Assembly: GCA_040770465.1 (NCBI GenBank)
Contig: JAXGJB010000015.1
Span: 1-47,429 of the forward strand
From: Methanothrix sp.
GTDB lineage: Archaea; Halobacteriota; Methanosarcinia; Methanotrichales; Methanotrichaceae
Length of the DNA: 47,429 nucleotides
Direction: 5' to 3'
The notes under the pieces are model-generated. The model worked only from the letters and a program-made list of their open reading frames with translations. It made no database searches and was not told where the DNA came from. The translations under genes were made by a program, and so were the position numbers. Positions 8,184 to 17,107 of the stretch are shown piece after piece; position 1 is the stretch's first letter, and the number at the start of each line of letters is the position of its first letter.

Positions 8184-11100
8184 TTAAGAGCCGATGGTTG
8201 CCGTCATTTGGGGATCGTTCAGTTCGAAGGTCCCAAAACATTTTCCACTAGACCGAGGCATCCCCCAGCTGTCGTAAGACACGTATGTCCCAGATATCCC
8301 ATATATCCCACGCATGGGGCTGCCAGTAGTGAGAGATCGCGTCAATTCCAGCTCATAGCGCACGTTGTCATTCAGGGAAATCATGCTTAAAATTAGATTT
8401 ATCCCATCATACGACCCGCTGGCTTCCATCGGGAGCTGAGATATAGTTTGGGACGAATCATCGAAGAACTCTTCGACAATATCGTTAAACATCCTATCTC
8501 CAGGGCACTCGGACCTCGGAGAGGTGAATATGTCATACTGATCCTCTGAAGCGACTATTAGAACTCCTCGACCAGAGATGCTGGCGCCATTCTGGCTCAG
8601 ATCCAGTTTCAGATCTCCACCATCCATTTCCAAGTTCAGCGTCCAATTGGTGACAGTCCCATCATCTTCAGGAACTACTATTTGATCGTCTTCTGGATGT
8701 CCTGTTGCGCTTGATCCACTGCTGTTTATGGGTGGTAAACTTCTCGGTGGATCTTGGATAATTATTTCTTTTGACGGAAGATATCTATAGATCGTAAGTT
8801 CCAGCGAACGATCGATGCTGAGGATACCATTAAACGTACTATCTTTGAGAAACGCACTATCTTTGAGGATCCCCTTTATTTGTGCAGCAGTCAATTCTGG
8901 ATTTATGGATCTGATCATGGCAGCGGCAGCAGTAACGTGGGGCGTTGCCATGCTCGTCCCACCGCCCATTCCTTGTATAGAACCACTACTATTCCGTCCC
9001 CAGAACGCCTCCTCACCGGGAGCCGAAATCGTCACTTCAAATTTATCGCTATTCTTGTTGCTATTTGGCGCGATGCTTCTGTTGTTCATGATGTTGCCGA
9101 CGGTGATCATATTGGTCATTTCATCATAATCAAAATCTTTCATCCCACCTGGCACGTGAGTGTAATCCTCCGCGGAAAAGTCTCTACCATCATTTCCAGC
9201 GCTGCAGACGAAGAGTATTTTCGAGCAATTGGGTTGCTCATTCACATTATGGAAGAATTGCCTATACATTTCGGCCATTTGGGGGTCTGGATGGCCGGTC
9301 CCCCAGGAGCAACTGAGGATGGTACTGCCATTGGTTATCTCATAGTGGAGCCCTTTTAGACTTTCTGTAGTAAAGTCTATGCCCTCTATAAAATCCGGAT
9401 GTTGCCAAAAGATATTAATCATATAAATCTTCAGTTTTTCCTGCAAGGCTTTGGAGGCTATGCCCGTCAATCCGACATCATCCGGATCTGCCGCGAGAAT
9501 GTTCATTATGCCGGTTCCGTGGCTGCCAGATATCGAATAATTATCAAATGGCTCGTCGAGCCAAGCGGAGCCGAATGGGAACTCAGATAAAGATGTGTTG
9601 ATGCACACACGGTTGAACTCTTCGCATCCGCTCCAGTTGTAGATCCCATCGTCGGTGATCCCCACCGTTACATCAATCAGGTCAAATCCGGGTTCGTCGC
9701 GATAGGCGTCCATTATGTCCCAGGCATCCTGGACGCCAACAACCTCGTAACTGGGACTTAAATCACCACCAGAGGATTCGCGGTACATCTGCTGGTTTGG
9801 GAAAGCCAGGCGGACTCCAGAAAAATTTCTGGCATAAGAGATATCCTCTATAAGCTCTTCTCGTGTGCTGCTATTTGTTACAATCTGGAACATATTCACA
9901 TAATCGTACTGGCCCTTTACAGTGCCACTTAGATTTCTTGCCAGGCGGTCAGCGACCGCTCTCGCCTTCGCCCCCTTAAATTTTTCATCTACTACAATCA
10001 GAGTGTGGTTTGGCGGGACCGGTCCCCAATCTGTGCCCCAAATCCGAGTTCCATATACCAGATTATCAGGATCCGCTCGTTCGAATACTGGTTCATTTCC
10101 CAGTTTGGGTGGTTCCTGTTCTACATATACTACGTCGTCCATCCAGCTGACGTTGCTATAACAAATATCTTCTGGGGCGTGGTTGTCATCGCCGGCGTAA
10201 ACACCGATCCTGTAAAACCCTGCTTCTGACGGGCGCCACTCCCATCGGTTATGCGTAGTAGACCAGTTCTGCTGGAGTTTCCATCCGTCGGTGGAGGGAC
10301 CTATGAGCCAGAAGCTGTAGTAGACGTCATCCCCTTCGGGATCGTAAGCCGACGCCGTCCATCCGACCTGGCGGTTTACCATCAAGGAGGTGGGGTCCTG
10401 GATCAAGGAAGTGACCGTTGGAAGCTGGTTTGGCATACACGTTAATATGACGTCATAAATTTCTACATATGCGCCCCCAAGAGTTTCGAAGTCGATTCTG
10501 CCAGGGGGCAGAGGTTTCGGATCACGGTAATCGATGACGGGTTGTATGTCAGGCATCCTCACCACAATCGTCTCCGACGCGGGCGCCTCTTCTGCTGCCG
10601 TGAGCTCAGTTTCTATGGGAGTCTCTGGAGGCGTTTCGTCCATGGGCGCATCTTCCATTGGCGCTCTCAACAACATAACAGCGGTAGTTATTGTGGGCGA
10701 TTCAATCCGTTCAATGAATACTTGTATATGACTATCATTTGAAATGATCGATATCTGATACTCCTGGTTTGGGATGTATTGCGTAGCATTGCCTTCAAGG
10801 GTTGAAGGCGTTGCTCCTCCAATATGTTTGGAGATGGAAGTTGAAAGCACAGTAGTGTCATCCGGCCTTCTCGTTGGGGAGGATATGTTGGTGAAACGTA
10901 TGGAATAGTAATTAGAGCCGTTGATATTAATGTTGACGTCCATCTCGCCTCTGAGCTTTCTGAGCTTGAAGCTGAGATTGAAATCCTCCTCTCCACAGGA
11001 CGCATTATATCCCGCTTTGCCGGCACCCGCGCTTGAGAAGCTTCCGTCATCGTCCTTTATCCAGCCTTGCTCTCTTATTTCGGTACTAGGACGGTTCATC

Positions 11101-11225
11101 AAGAGTGCTCTAGGTTCTGGCTGATCCTGGGCAAGGCCGCACTCCAGATTGACCCAAACAAATATGCATAGGAGGATCATCAAGAGATACCTATTGAATA
11201 CCCCGTCTGCCTTCATAGCAATCAT
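8184..11225 (-). CDS. Secreted multidomain S8 subtilase
   Basis: Catalytic motifs VGITDDG (Asp), SHGTG (His), SAGN (oxyanion Asn) and GGTSMATPHV (Ser). Signal peptide, N-terminal beta-sandwich, Ig-like module (AYDPEGDDVYY...WEWRP), C-terminal beta-rich domain. Confidence 0.9.
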   Translation of the reverse strand: MIAMKADGVFNRYLLMILLCIFVWVNLECGLAQDQPEPRALLMNRPSTEIREQGWIKDDDGSFSSAGAGKAGYNASCGEEDFNLSFKLRKLRGEMDVNININGSNYYSIRFTNISSPTRRPDDTTVLSTSISKHIGGATPSTLEGNATQYIPNQEYQISIISNDSHIQVFIERIESPTITTAVMLLRAPMEDAPMDETPPETPIETELTAAEEAPASETIVVRMPDIQPVIDYRDPKPLPPGRIDFETLGGAYVEIYDVILTCMPNQLPTVTSLIQDPTSLMVNRQVGWTASAYDPEGDDVYYSFWLIGPSTDGWKLQQNWSTTHNRWEWRPSEAGFYRIGVYAGDDNHAPEDICYSNVSWMDDVVYVEQEPPKLGNEPVFERADPDNLVYGTRIWGTDWGPVPPNHTLIVVDEKFKGAKARAVADRLARNLSGTVKGQYDYVNMFQIVTNSSTREELIEDISYARNFSGVRLAFPNQQMYRESSGGDLSPSYEVVGVQDAWDIMDAYRDEPGFDLIDVTVGITDDGIYNWSGCEEFNRVCINTSLSEFPFGSAWLDEPFDNYSISGSHGTGIMNILAADPDDVGLTGIASKALQEKLKIYMINIFWQHPDFIEGIDFTTESLKGLHYEITNGSTILSCSWGTGHPDPQMAEMYRQFFHNVNEQPNCSKILFVCSAGNDGRDFSAEDYTHVPGGMKDFDYDEMTNMITVGNIMNNRSIAPNSNKNSDKFEVTISAPGEEAFWGRNSSGSIQGMGGGTSMATPHVTAAAAMIRSINPELTAAQIKGILKDSAFLKDSTFNGILSIDRSLELTIYRYLPSKEIIIQDPPRSLPPINSSGSSATGHPEDDQIVVPEDDGTVTNWTLNLEMDGGDLKLDLSQNGASISGRGVLIVASEDQYDIFTSPRSECPGDRMFNDIVEEFFDDSSQTISQLPMEASGSYDGINLILSMISLNDNVRYELELTRSLTTGSPMRGIYGISGTYVSYDSWGMPRSSGKCFGTFELNDPQMTATIGS

Positions 11226-11349
11226 CCTCTCTATTTATTCTCCATTTGTGTGGGTCCGGCCAATAGATCGCAGATCTGGGTATCTCGATCGATAAAGCCT
11301 CGCCATGCGCATGCGCCATCTACTTGTCTGGATCTGACCCCCATCGGGA

Positions 11350-12066
11350 TCATACGAGAGAACCTGGATCAGGCCGCTCGAAATAGATCTCTCCGAGATC
11401 GGGAGGCTCATCCGACTCATCTGATGCATTCTCGCCCTCCGATGCTGCTGAAGGGCATATGACCGTGACGTTGGATAGGCGGACGAGAGATTCATTCAGG
11501 GCTTCAAAGTCGATTCTCCCGGGGGGTAGAGGGTCGGAATCGAGATAATCGATCACGGGCAGCAGCTCTCCGGCCTCCTGGTCTGCCTCATAGACGAAGA
11601 CTAGGACGTGGCCGTCATCGGATAGGATATCCACCTGGTACTCTAGGGTTTGGTTGTAGGCCACGGGCCTTCCGGCCAGTCGTTCTGCAGGAGATGGTAC
11701 CGTCTCTCCAACCTGCTTGAAGATGTATGATGAGAGGTACCCGTCACTGCTGTTGTTGAGGCCTATCGCATAGCGGTCCGTCCCGCTGACGTTTATGTTG
11801 GCGTGCATCCCGCCCAGGAGGGTTTTTAATCTGAACTTGAGGGTGAGGGGGGCATCTTCGCAGGACTCGTTGTATCCTGCCCAGCCGCCGTTGCCTGCCC
11901 CAACAAGCTCGCCATCGTACGTCGTCCATCCGTTCCCAGTCGGTGAGGATCTTTCTTCGATGGGATCTTCTGGGGTCATGGCGAAGACTAAATGGAGACA
12001 AGACAATGACATTAAGCTCAGAAAAGCGACCAGTATGGGCCACGTAAATTTTCCATTCTTAATCAT
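11350..12066 (-). pseudogene. Truncated paralog of the adjacent S8 subtilase N-terminus (signal peptide plus DUF1080/ConA-like domain)
   Basis: GWAGYNESC...PVIDYLDSDPLPPGRIDFE matches GKAGYNASC...PVIDYRDPKPLPPGRIDFE of 8184-11225. It ends at PPDLGEIYFERPDPGSLV*, matching PPKLGNEPVFERADPDNLVY. Could still be expressed as a stand-alone protein. Confidence 0.6.
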
Positions 12067-12389
12067 AACCTTTCACCCGTTCGGATTTGTATTCTTGAGC
12101 TTTATTATGCTAAATACTTTTCGATTTGTATTTGTCGGTAAACGAGAGAGAATTTGTGCAAAATTGCCAATATAAAAAATCTATTTTAATTAAGTTATAT
12201 AAAAGAAAGAGTGGTCGAACACAGCAATTCAAAGTAAAGATCCTCGAACAAATATCATAAGAAATGAGCAATTTATAATCCAAATTTATGCAACTAATTG
12301 TGCACAAGTATCTTGATAATATATTCGCAGTTGCACGCTTTCGATCCAACCTGCTCATTTGCAATCCCCCTTGTCCCACACTCCCAACC

Positions 12390-12397
12390 CTTATAAG
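12390..12397 (+). promoter_or_regulatory. TATA box of ribBA (near-leaderless transcript)
   Basis: CTTATAAG ending about 26 nt upstream of ATG 12424, with no RBS in between. Confidence 0.55.
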
Positions 12398-12423
12398 CAC
12401 CCAGATCCAAAACCCCGTTTCGT

Positions 12424-13647
12424 ATGCCGTTTTGCACCGTAGAAGAGGCGATCGAAGAGGTGAGGGCCGGCCGCTTCATCATCATCATCGACGACGAGAG
12501 CCGGGAGAACGAGGGCGACCTGGTGATCGCGGCGGAGATGATCTCCCCCGAGGCGATCAACTTCATGGCAAAGCACGGCCGGGGGCTGATATGCGTGCCC
12601 CTCTCCGGCGAGCGGGTCGACGAGCTGGGCCTCCCCCTGATGACCCAGAACAACACCGAGAAGATGGGGACCGCCTTCACCGTATCCGTCGACGCCAAAG
12701 GCCGGGGGGTGACGACCGGGATCTCCGCCTTCGACCGTGCCGAGACGGTCAGAGCCCTCATCGACCCCGCGGCGACGCTGAATGACCTCGTCATGCCCGG
12801 CCACACGTTTCCGCTGCGAGCGAAGGAAGGCGGCGTTTTGCGGCGGGCGGGGCACACCGAGGCCTCCGTCGACCTCGCCCGGATGGCGGGGTTGTATCCT
12901 GCGGCCGTCATCTGCGAGGTGATGGCCGAGGATGGGACGATGGCGAGGCTTCCTGAGCTGGAGCGGTTTGCGGCCGAGCACGGCCTCAAGATGCTCACCA
13001 TCGACCGGCTGATAAAAAGGAGGATGCGAAGCGAGAAGCTGATCCAGCGGGTTGCCGAGGTCTGTTTGCCGACGGAGTACGGCGACTTCCGAGCCATCGG
13101 ATACGAGAGCCTCGTCGACGGCCAGTGCCACCTGGCTCTCGTGGCCGGCGACCCGTCCTCCGACGACGCCCTGGTCCGGGTCCACTCCGAGTGCCTCACC
13201 GGCGACGTCTTCGGGTCAAGGCGGTGCGACTGCGGCGACCAACTCCACCTGGCCATGAAGCTCATCGCCGAGAACCGGAACGGGGTTCTGCTTTACATGC
13301 GCCAGGAGGGGAGGGGGATTGGCCTAGCAAACAAGCTGCGGGCCTACGCCCTCCAGGAGCGGGGGCTCGACACCGTCGAGGCGAACCACCATCTGGGCTA
13401 CCCGGCCGACCTTCGAGACTACGGCGTCGGGGCCCAGATCCTGGTGGATCTGGGGATCAAGAAGATGCGACTTCTGACAAACAACCCGAGAAAGATCATC
13501 GGCCTCGAGGGGTACGGTCTTGAGATTGTAGACCGGATGCCGATCGAGATCTCCCCCAACGACGAGAACAGGAGGTACCTGGAGACGAAGAGGGATAAGC
13601 TCCATCACCTCTTGCTCCAGGAAGGGTCAGAGTCGGGGAATAGGTAA
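12424..13647 (+). CDS. ribBA: Bifunctional 3,4-dihydroxy-2-butanone-4-phosphate synthase / GTP cyclohydrolase II
   Basis: [19 protein letters not shown] and RAGHTEA (RibB); [28 protein letters not shown] and LLTNNP (RibA, Zn-binding Cys intact). Confidence 0.96.
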   Translation: MPFCTVEEAIEEVRAGRFIIIIDDESRENEGDLVIAAEMISPEAINFMAKHGRGLICVPLSGERVDELGLPLMTQNNTEKMGTAFTVSVDAKGRGVTTGISAFDRAETVRALIDPAATLNDLVMPGHTFPLRAKEGGVLRRAGHTEASVDLARMAGLYPAAVICEVMAEDGTMARLPELERFAAEHGLKMLTIDRLIKRRMRSEKLIQRVAEVCLPTEYGDFRAIGYESLVDGQCHLALVAGDPSSDDALVRVHSECLTGDVFGSRRCDCGDQLHLAMKLIAENRNGVLLYMRQEGRGIGLANKLRAYALQERGLDTVEANHHLGYPADLRDYGVGAQILVDLGIKKMRLLTNNPRKIIGLEGYGLEIVDRMPIEISPNDENRRYLETKRDKLHHLLLQEGSESGNR

Positions 13648-13671
13648 CTTGCCGGGATCCCCTCCACCGAC

Positions 13672-14187
13672 CTACTCGATCTCCACCTTCTTTCGGGCCG
13701 TCACCTCGACCTTGGGGAGGTGGATCTCCAGGACCCCGTCCTTGAGGTTCGCCTTCGACTCGTCGGCCTTCACCTCCGCGGGAAGCTTGAGGCTCCTCTC
13801 GAACTTTGAGTAGCTCCTCTCCTTCCGATAGAAATCCTCCTTCGTCTCCTCCTTCTCCACCTTCCTCTCGGCCTTCACCTCGAGGACGTCCTCGGCGACG
13901 GTGATCTCAATCTCCCCCTTCTCCATCCCGGGAAGGTCCATCTTTACGACTACCTCCTCGTCGGTCTCCAAGACGTCTGCCAGAGGCTTCATCACGTCTC
14001 TGAAGGCTCCGGGCACCACGGGGGATTCGGCCATGAAATCCTCTATCAGCTGATTCATCTTATCCTGTACCCGTCTGATCTCGGGCATGTACCTCGACTC
14101 CGGCTCGGAGATCCCGATATCCTCCATCAGCCGGTTCATCCGCCTCTGGAGGCGCTTGAAGTCGTCTTTTGGAACTAAACCAGTCAT
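13672..14187 (-). CDS. hsp20: Hsp20/alpha-crystallin small heat-shock protein
   Basis: PLADVLET, DLPG, ERSYSKFERSLKLP, ANLKDGVLEIHLPK and a C-terminal V-E-I (IxI) motif. Confidence 0.93.
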   Translation of the reverse strand: MTGLVPKDDFKRLQRRMNRLMEDIGISEPESRYMPEIRRVQDKMNQLIEDFMAESPVVPGAFRDVMKPLADVLETDEEVVVKMDLPGMEKGEIEITVAEDVLEVKAERKVEKEETKEDFYRKERSYSKFERSLKLPAEVKADESKANLKDGVLEIHLPKVEVTARKKVEIE

Positions 14188-14393
14188 GGTCCATCACCGT
14201 TTATAATTAAGCACTCATGAATAAATATTTTACTATCACACTTTCCAACTTCCCGGTTTAATACAATTTTAAGATTATTGAATTCAGAATTGCCAAAAGT
14301 TCCAGCTCCTGGAAGAAAAGCCCCCACTCCCTTCACCTTCCAGCGACAGCGGCGAGTCCACGGTCTTAGCCGCCCAAACCCCTCCAGAAAACC

Positions 14394-14585
14394 TCACTGC
14401 AACTCTCTTCTGAGGCCGAAGATGGGGGTCGTGATGACGTTCGCCAGGAGGCATATTCCGCCGGCGAGAAGCCCCGTCCCTATCGGCGATAGCCCCAGAA
14501 GGTGACCGAAGTAGCTTCCAAGGAAAAAGCCGAGGCCTATGGTCAGGATCGACTGAAAGATCCGAAGGGATAACTTTTCTGCCAT
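14394..14585 (-). CDS. Small two-TM membrane protein (63 aa)
   Basis: From ATG 14585: MAEKLSLRIFQSILTIGLGFFLGSYFGHLLGLSPIGTGLLAGGICLLANVITTPIFG..., two hydrophobic helices. Confidence 0.55.
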   Translation of the reverse strand: MAEKLSLRIFQSILTIGLGFFLGSYFGHLLGLSPIGTGLLAGGICLLANVITTPIFGLRRELQ

Positions 14586-14688
14586 ATTCGGGCCAGTTTG
14601 AGGCCATCTCTTAAAGCGTTTTTTCTGCCTCTCGGGACTTCCGCGCCGGAGGAAGGTATAAGGCCGAAGAGATAAAAATGGGCTCCCT

Positions 14689-15486
14689 ATGCCAATCAAG
14701 ATCCTTCATGTAGACGCCTTCACCTCCGAGCCGTTCTCGGGAAATCCCGCCGCCGTCTGCCTCCTCGATCGTCCCCGGGAGGCAGGATGGATGCAGAAAG
14801 TCGCCGCGGAGATGAACCTCTCGGAGACGGCCTTTCTGATCCCCGCCGGTGGCGGCTTCTCCCTCCGATGGTTTGCGCCTAAGGCCGAGGTGGAGCTCTG
14901 CGGCCACGCCACCCTGGCATCAGCCCACGTCCTCTGGGAGGAGGGGATCCTCGCGCCCGAAGAGACGGCGCGGTTTGAGACCAGAAGCGGTCCACTCTCT
15001 GCCGAGAAGAGGGGCGAGCTGATCGAGATGGACTTTCCGGCAGAGCCGGAGAGGACCGTCGAATGCTCCCCTCTGATGCTGGAGGCCGCCCTGGGGGAGC
15101 CCTTCATTTATGTTGGAGATAACAGGTTCGACCTCCTGGTGGAGCTGGAATCCGAAGACGCCGTCCGAACGCTCCAGCCGAACTTCGACCACCTCAAGAA
15201 GCTCCCGATCCGCGGAGTGATGGTGACCAGCAGAAGCGACTCTCCGGAATACGACTTCGTCTCCCGGTTCTTCGCTCCGGCCCTTGGGGTCGACGAGGAC
15301 CCGGTGACCGGCTCGGCCCACTGCTGTCTGGGACCATACTGGGCGGAAAAGCTGGGGAAGACCGACCTGGTGGGCTATCAGGCTTCGGAGCGGGGCGGGG
15401 TCGTCCGGGTCCGGATGGAGGAAGATCGGACGAAGATCGCGGGCGAGGCGGTCACCGTCCTCAAAGGGGAGCTATTGGAGAGATAG
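14689..15486 (+). CDS. PhzF family isomerase/epimerase (YddE-like)
   Basis: VDAFT...GNPAAV, NLSETAF, EVELCGHATLA and EDPVTGSAH. Confidence 0.92.
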   Translation: MPIKILHVDAFTSEPFSGNPAAVCLLDRPREAGWMQKVAAEMNLSETAFLIPAGGGFSLRWFAPKAEVELCGHATLASAHVLWEEGILAPEETARFETRSGPLSAEKRGELIEMDFPAEPERTVECSPLMLEAALGEPFIYVGDNRFDLLVELESEDAVRTLQPNFDHLKKLPIRGVMVTSRSDSPEYDFVSRFFAPALGVDEDPVTGSAHCCLGPYWAEKLGKTDLVGYQASERGGVVRVRMEEDRTKIAGEAVTVLKGELLER

Positions 15487-15562
15487 ACCCGGTGCGAAAG
15501 CCGGGAGACGACGCCTCCGGATTTCATCCTCAGCTCAGGATCCGCGCCGCCCCGCGGGTGCT

Positions 15563-16090
15563 TCATCGCTCCATCGATCCTCCACCCGTCTTACTCCGCC
15601 CGCCTTCCTCCGTCAGCCTCTTGACCATCCTGGTCTCGGGGGCTCCCGTCTCCTCGTTGATCCCGTCGCCCGCCATCGTCCACCCCCTGGCCTGATAGAA
15701 CCTCATCGCCCGGAGGTTGTCGCTGAAGCAGCAGAGCCTTCCCGTCCGGTGTCCCTCCGCCCTCATCTCCTCTTCCAGGCGGCCCAGAAGTGCGGTCCCG
15801 ATCCCTCGCCCGAAGCTGGAGGGATGGACCCAGAGGAGGTCGACGGCGTCTTCGGTGGCGGCCGCCACCCCCACCACCTCGTCGCCGCCCGCCTCCGTCT
15901 CGTCCACGGCCACCGTCATCCTCGGCCACTGCTTGCTGACCAGGGCCGAGACGGCGTCGCCTTCGAACCAGGGGCGCAGGGCCTCCTGAGGGATGAAGGG
16001 GCCATAAACCTCCCGGATCGTATCCCTGCAGAGGCTGACGATGGTGGTGACGTCCTCCTTTGTGGCCTTCCTGAGAGAAAACTCGGACAT
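15563..16090 (-). CDS. GNAT family N-acetyltransferase
   Basis: LRKATKED N-terminus, acetyl-CoA motif LWVHPSSFGRGIGTALL, and NLRAMRFYQARGW. Confidence 0.88.
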   Translation of the reverse strand: MSEFSLRKATKEDVTTIVSLCRDTIREVYGPFIPQEALRPWFEGDAVSALVSKQWPRMTVAVDETEAGGDEVVGVAAATEDAVDLLWVHPSSFGRGIGTALLGRLEEEMRAEGHRTGRLCCFSDNLRAMRFYQARGWTMAGDGINEETGAPETRMVKRLTEEGGRSKTGGGSMER

Positions 16091-16289
16091 TTCTATCAGC
16101 CCCTCTTCGCCGACCCTTCCGTTAATATCTTCTGCCCGCCCCGGAGAGATTCAGTAGGCGGATATTGAGAAATGGAGAGATTACAGGACATCTATGTGAA
16201 ATATAGAGAACGAGATGATATCGGCGAGATCAAAGCAGATAAGACGGAGAACAATCAATGAATCTGAATAAAGCATGGAGGTTATATAA

Positions 16290-17021
16290 ATGATCTACAG
16301 AGCAAGACCCGGCCAGTCGAGCTACGGCGAGGCGATAGGCATCCTCCTTCTGGACAGCTTCACCCCCTTCATCCCCGGAGACGTCGCCAACGCCACCACC
16401 TACGACTTCCCCGTTCGGTTTCGGAAGGTGGAGGGTTTGACCACGAAAAGGGTCCTGGGAAAGGACCCTGCGACCTTCGAGCCCCTCCTGGAGGCGGCCG
16501 AGGATCTGGCAGGCCAGGGGGTGAGGGCGGTCACCGGGGACTGCGGATTTCTCGCATTGCACCAGAGAAAGCTCGCCGCCTCTCTGCATATACCGGTCTT
16601 TCTCTCAAGCCTCCTCCAGATCCCCTTCATATCGGCGATAATCGGCCCCGACCGAAAGGTGGGGATCATCACCGCCGACTCGAAAAGGCTCGACGAGACG
16701 TTGCTTGCCGCCGTCGGCGTCGAGACGACAGAGAACCTGACGATCAGGGGGATGGAGGATCAGGAGGCCTTCTCAAAGGCCGTGATCGAGGAGATGGGGG
16801 TCCTGGATGCCGGGGCGGTGGAGAGGGAGGCGGTATCCGTCGCAAGAGGGATGGTCGAGGACGAAACGGAGGTGGGGGCCCTCCTCCTGGAGTGCAGCTG
16901 CCTACCCCCCTACGGGAGGGCGATCCAGGAAGCCGTCAGCCTCCCGGTCTTCGATTACGTGACCATGATAAACTACGTCCACTCGGCCCTGGTCAAGAGG
17001 GGGTTTGAGGGAGAGATGTGA
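16290..17021 (+). CDS. Aspartate/glutamate/hydantoin racemase family protein
   Basis: GDVANATTYDFPV, two catalytic-type Cys motifs (TGDCGF, LLECSCLP), and LPVFD. GGAGG RBS. Confidence 0.85.
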   Translation: MIYRARPGQSSYGEAIGILLLDSFTPFIPGDVANATTYDFPVRFRKVEGLTTKRVLGKDPATFEPLLEAAEDLAGQGVRAVTGDCGFLALHQRKLAASLHIPVFLSSLLQIPFISAIIGPDRKVGIITADSKRLDETLLAAVGVETTENLTIRGMEDQEAFSKAVIEEMGVLDAGAVEREAVSVARGMVEDETEVGALLLECSCLPPYGRAIQEAVSLPVFDYVTMINYVHSALVKRGFEGEM

Positions 17022-17107
17022 GGGGGTTTGCATCTCGGCCTGAGGAGCTGGTGCGGCCAGCCTGCCCCCATCTCTTCCATCTCCTCGGCCCACTCTCTAT
17101 CAGCCCA

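Noticed and set aside
11320-11352. Selenocysteine read-through of the TGA ending the subtilase paralog
   Set aside because: The aligned residue is not Cys, a TAG follows ten codons later, and homology is lost beyond it.
14689-15486. PhzF homolog as a (methano)phenazine biosynthesis gene
   Set aside because: It has the LCGH motif of the widespread YddE-like subgroup, and no other phz genes are adjacent.
16172-16261. 29-codon purine-rich ORF (MERLQDIYVKY...) upstream of the racemase, and a similar short ORF near 19436-19501
   Set aside because: Both are too short and have no recognisable motif. They could be gene remnants, but this cannot be supported.
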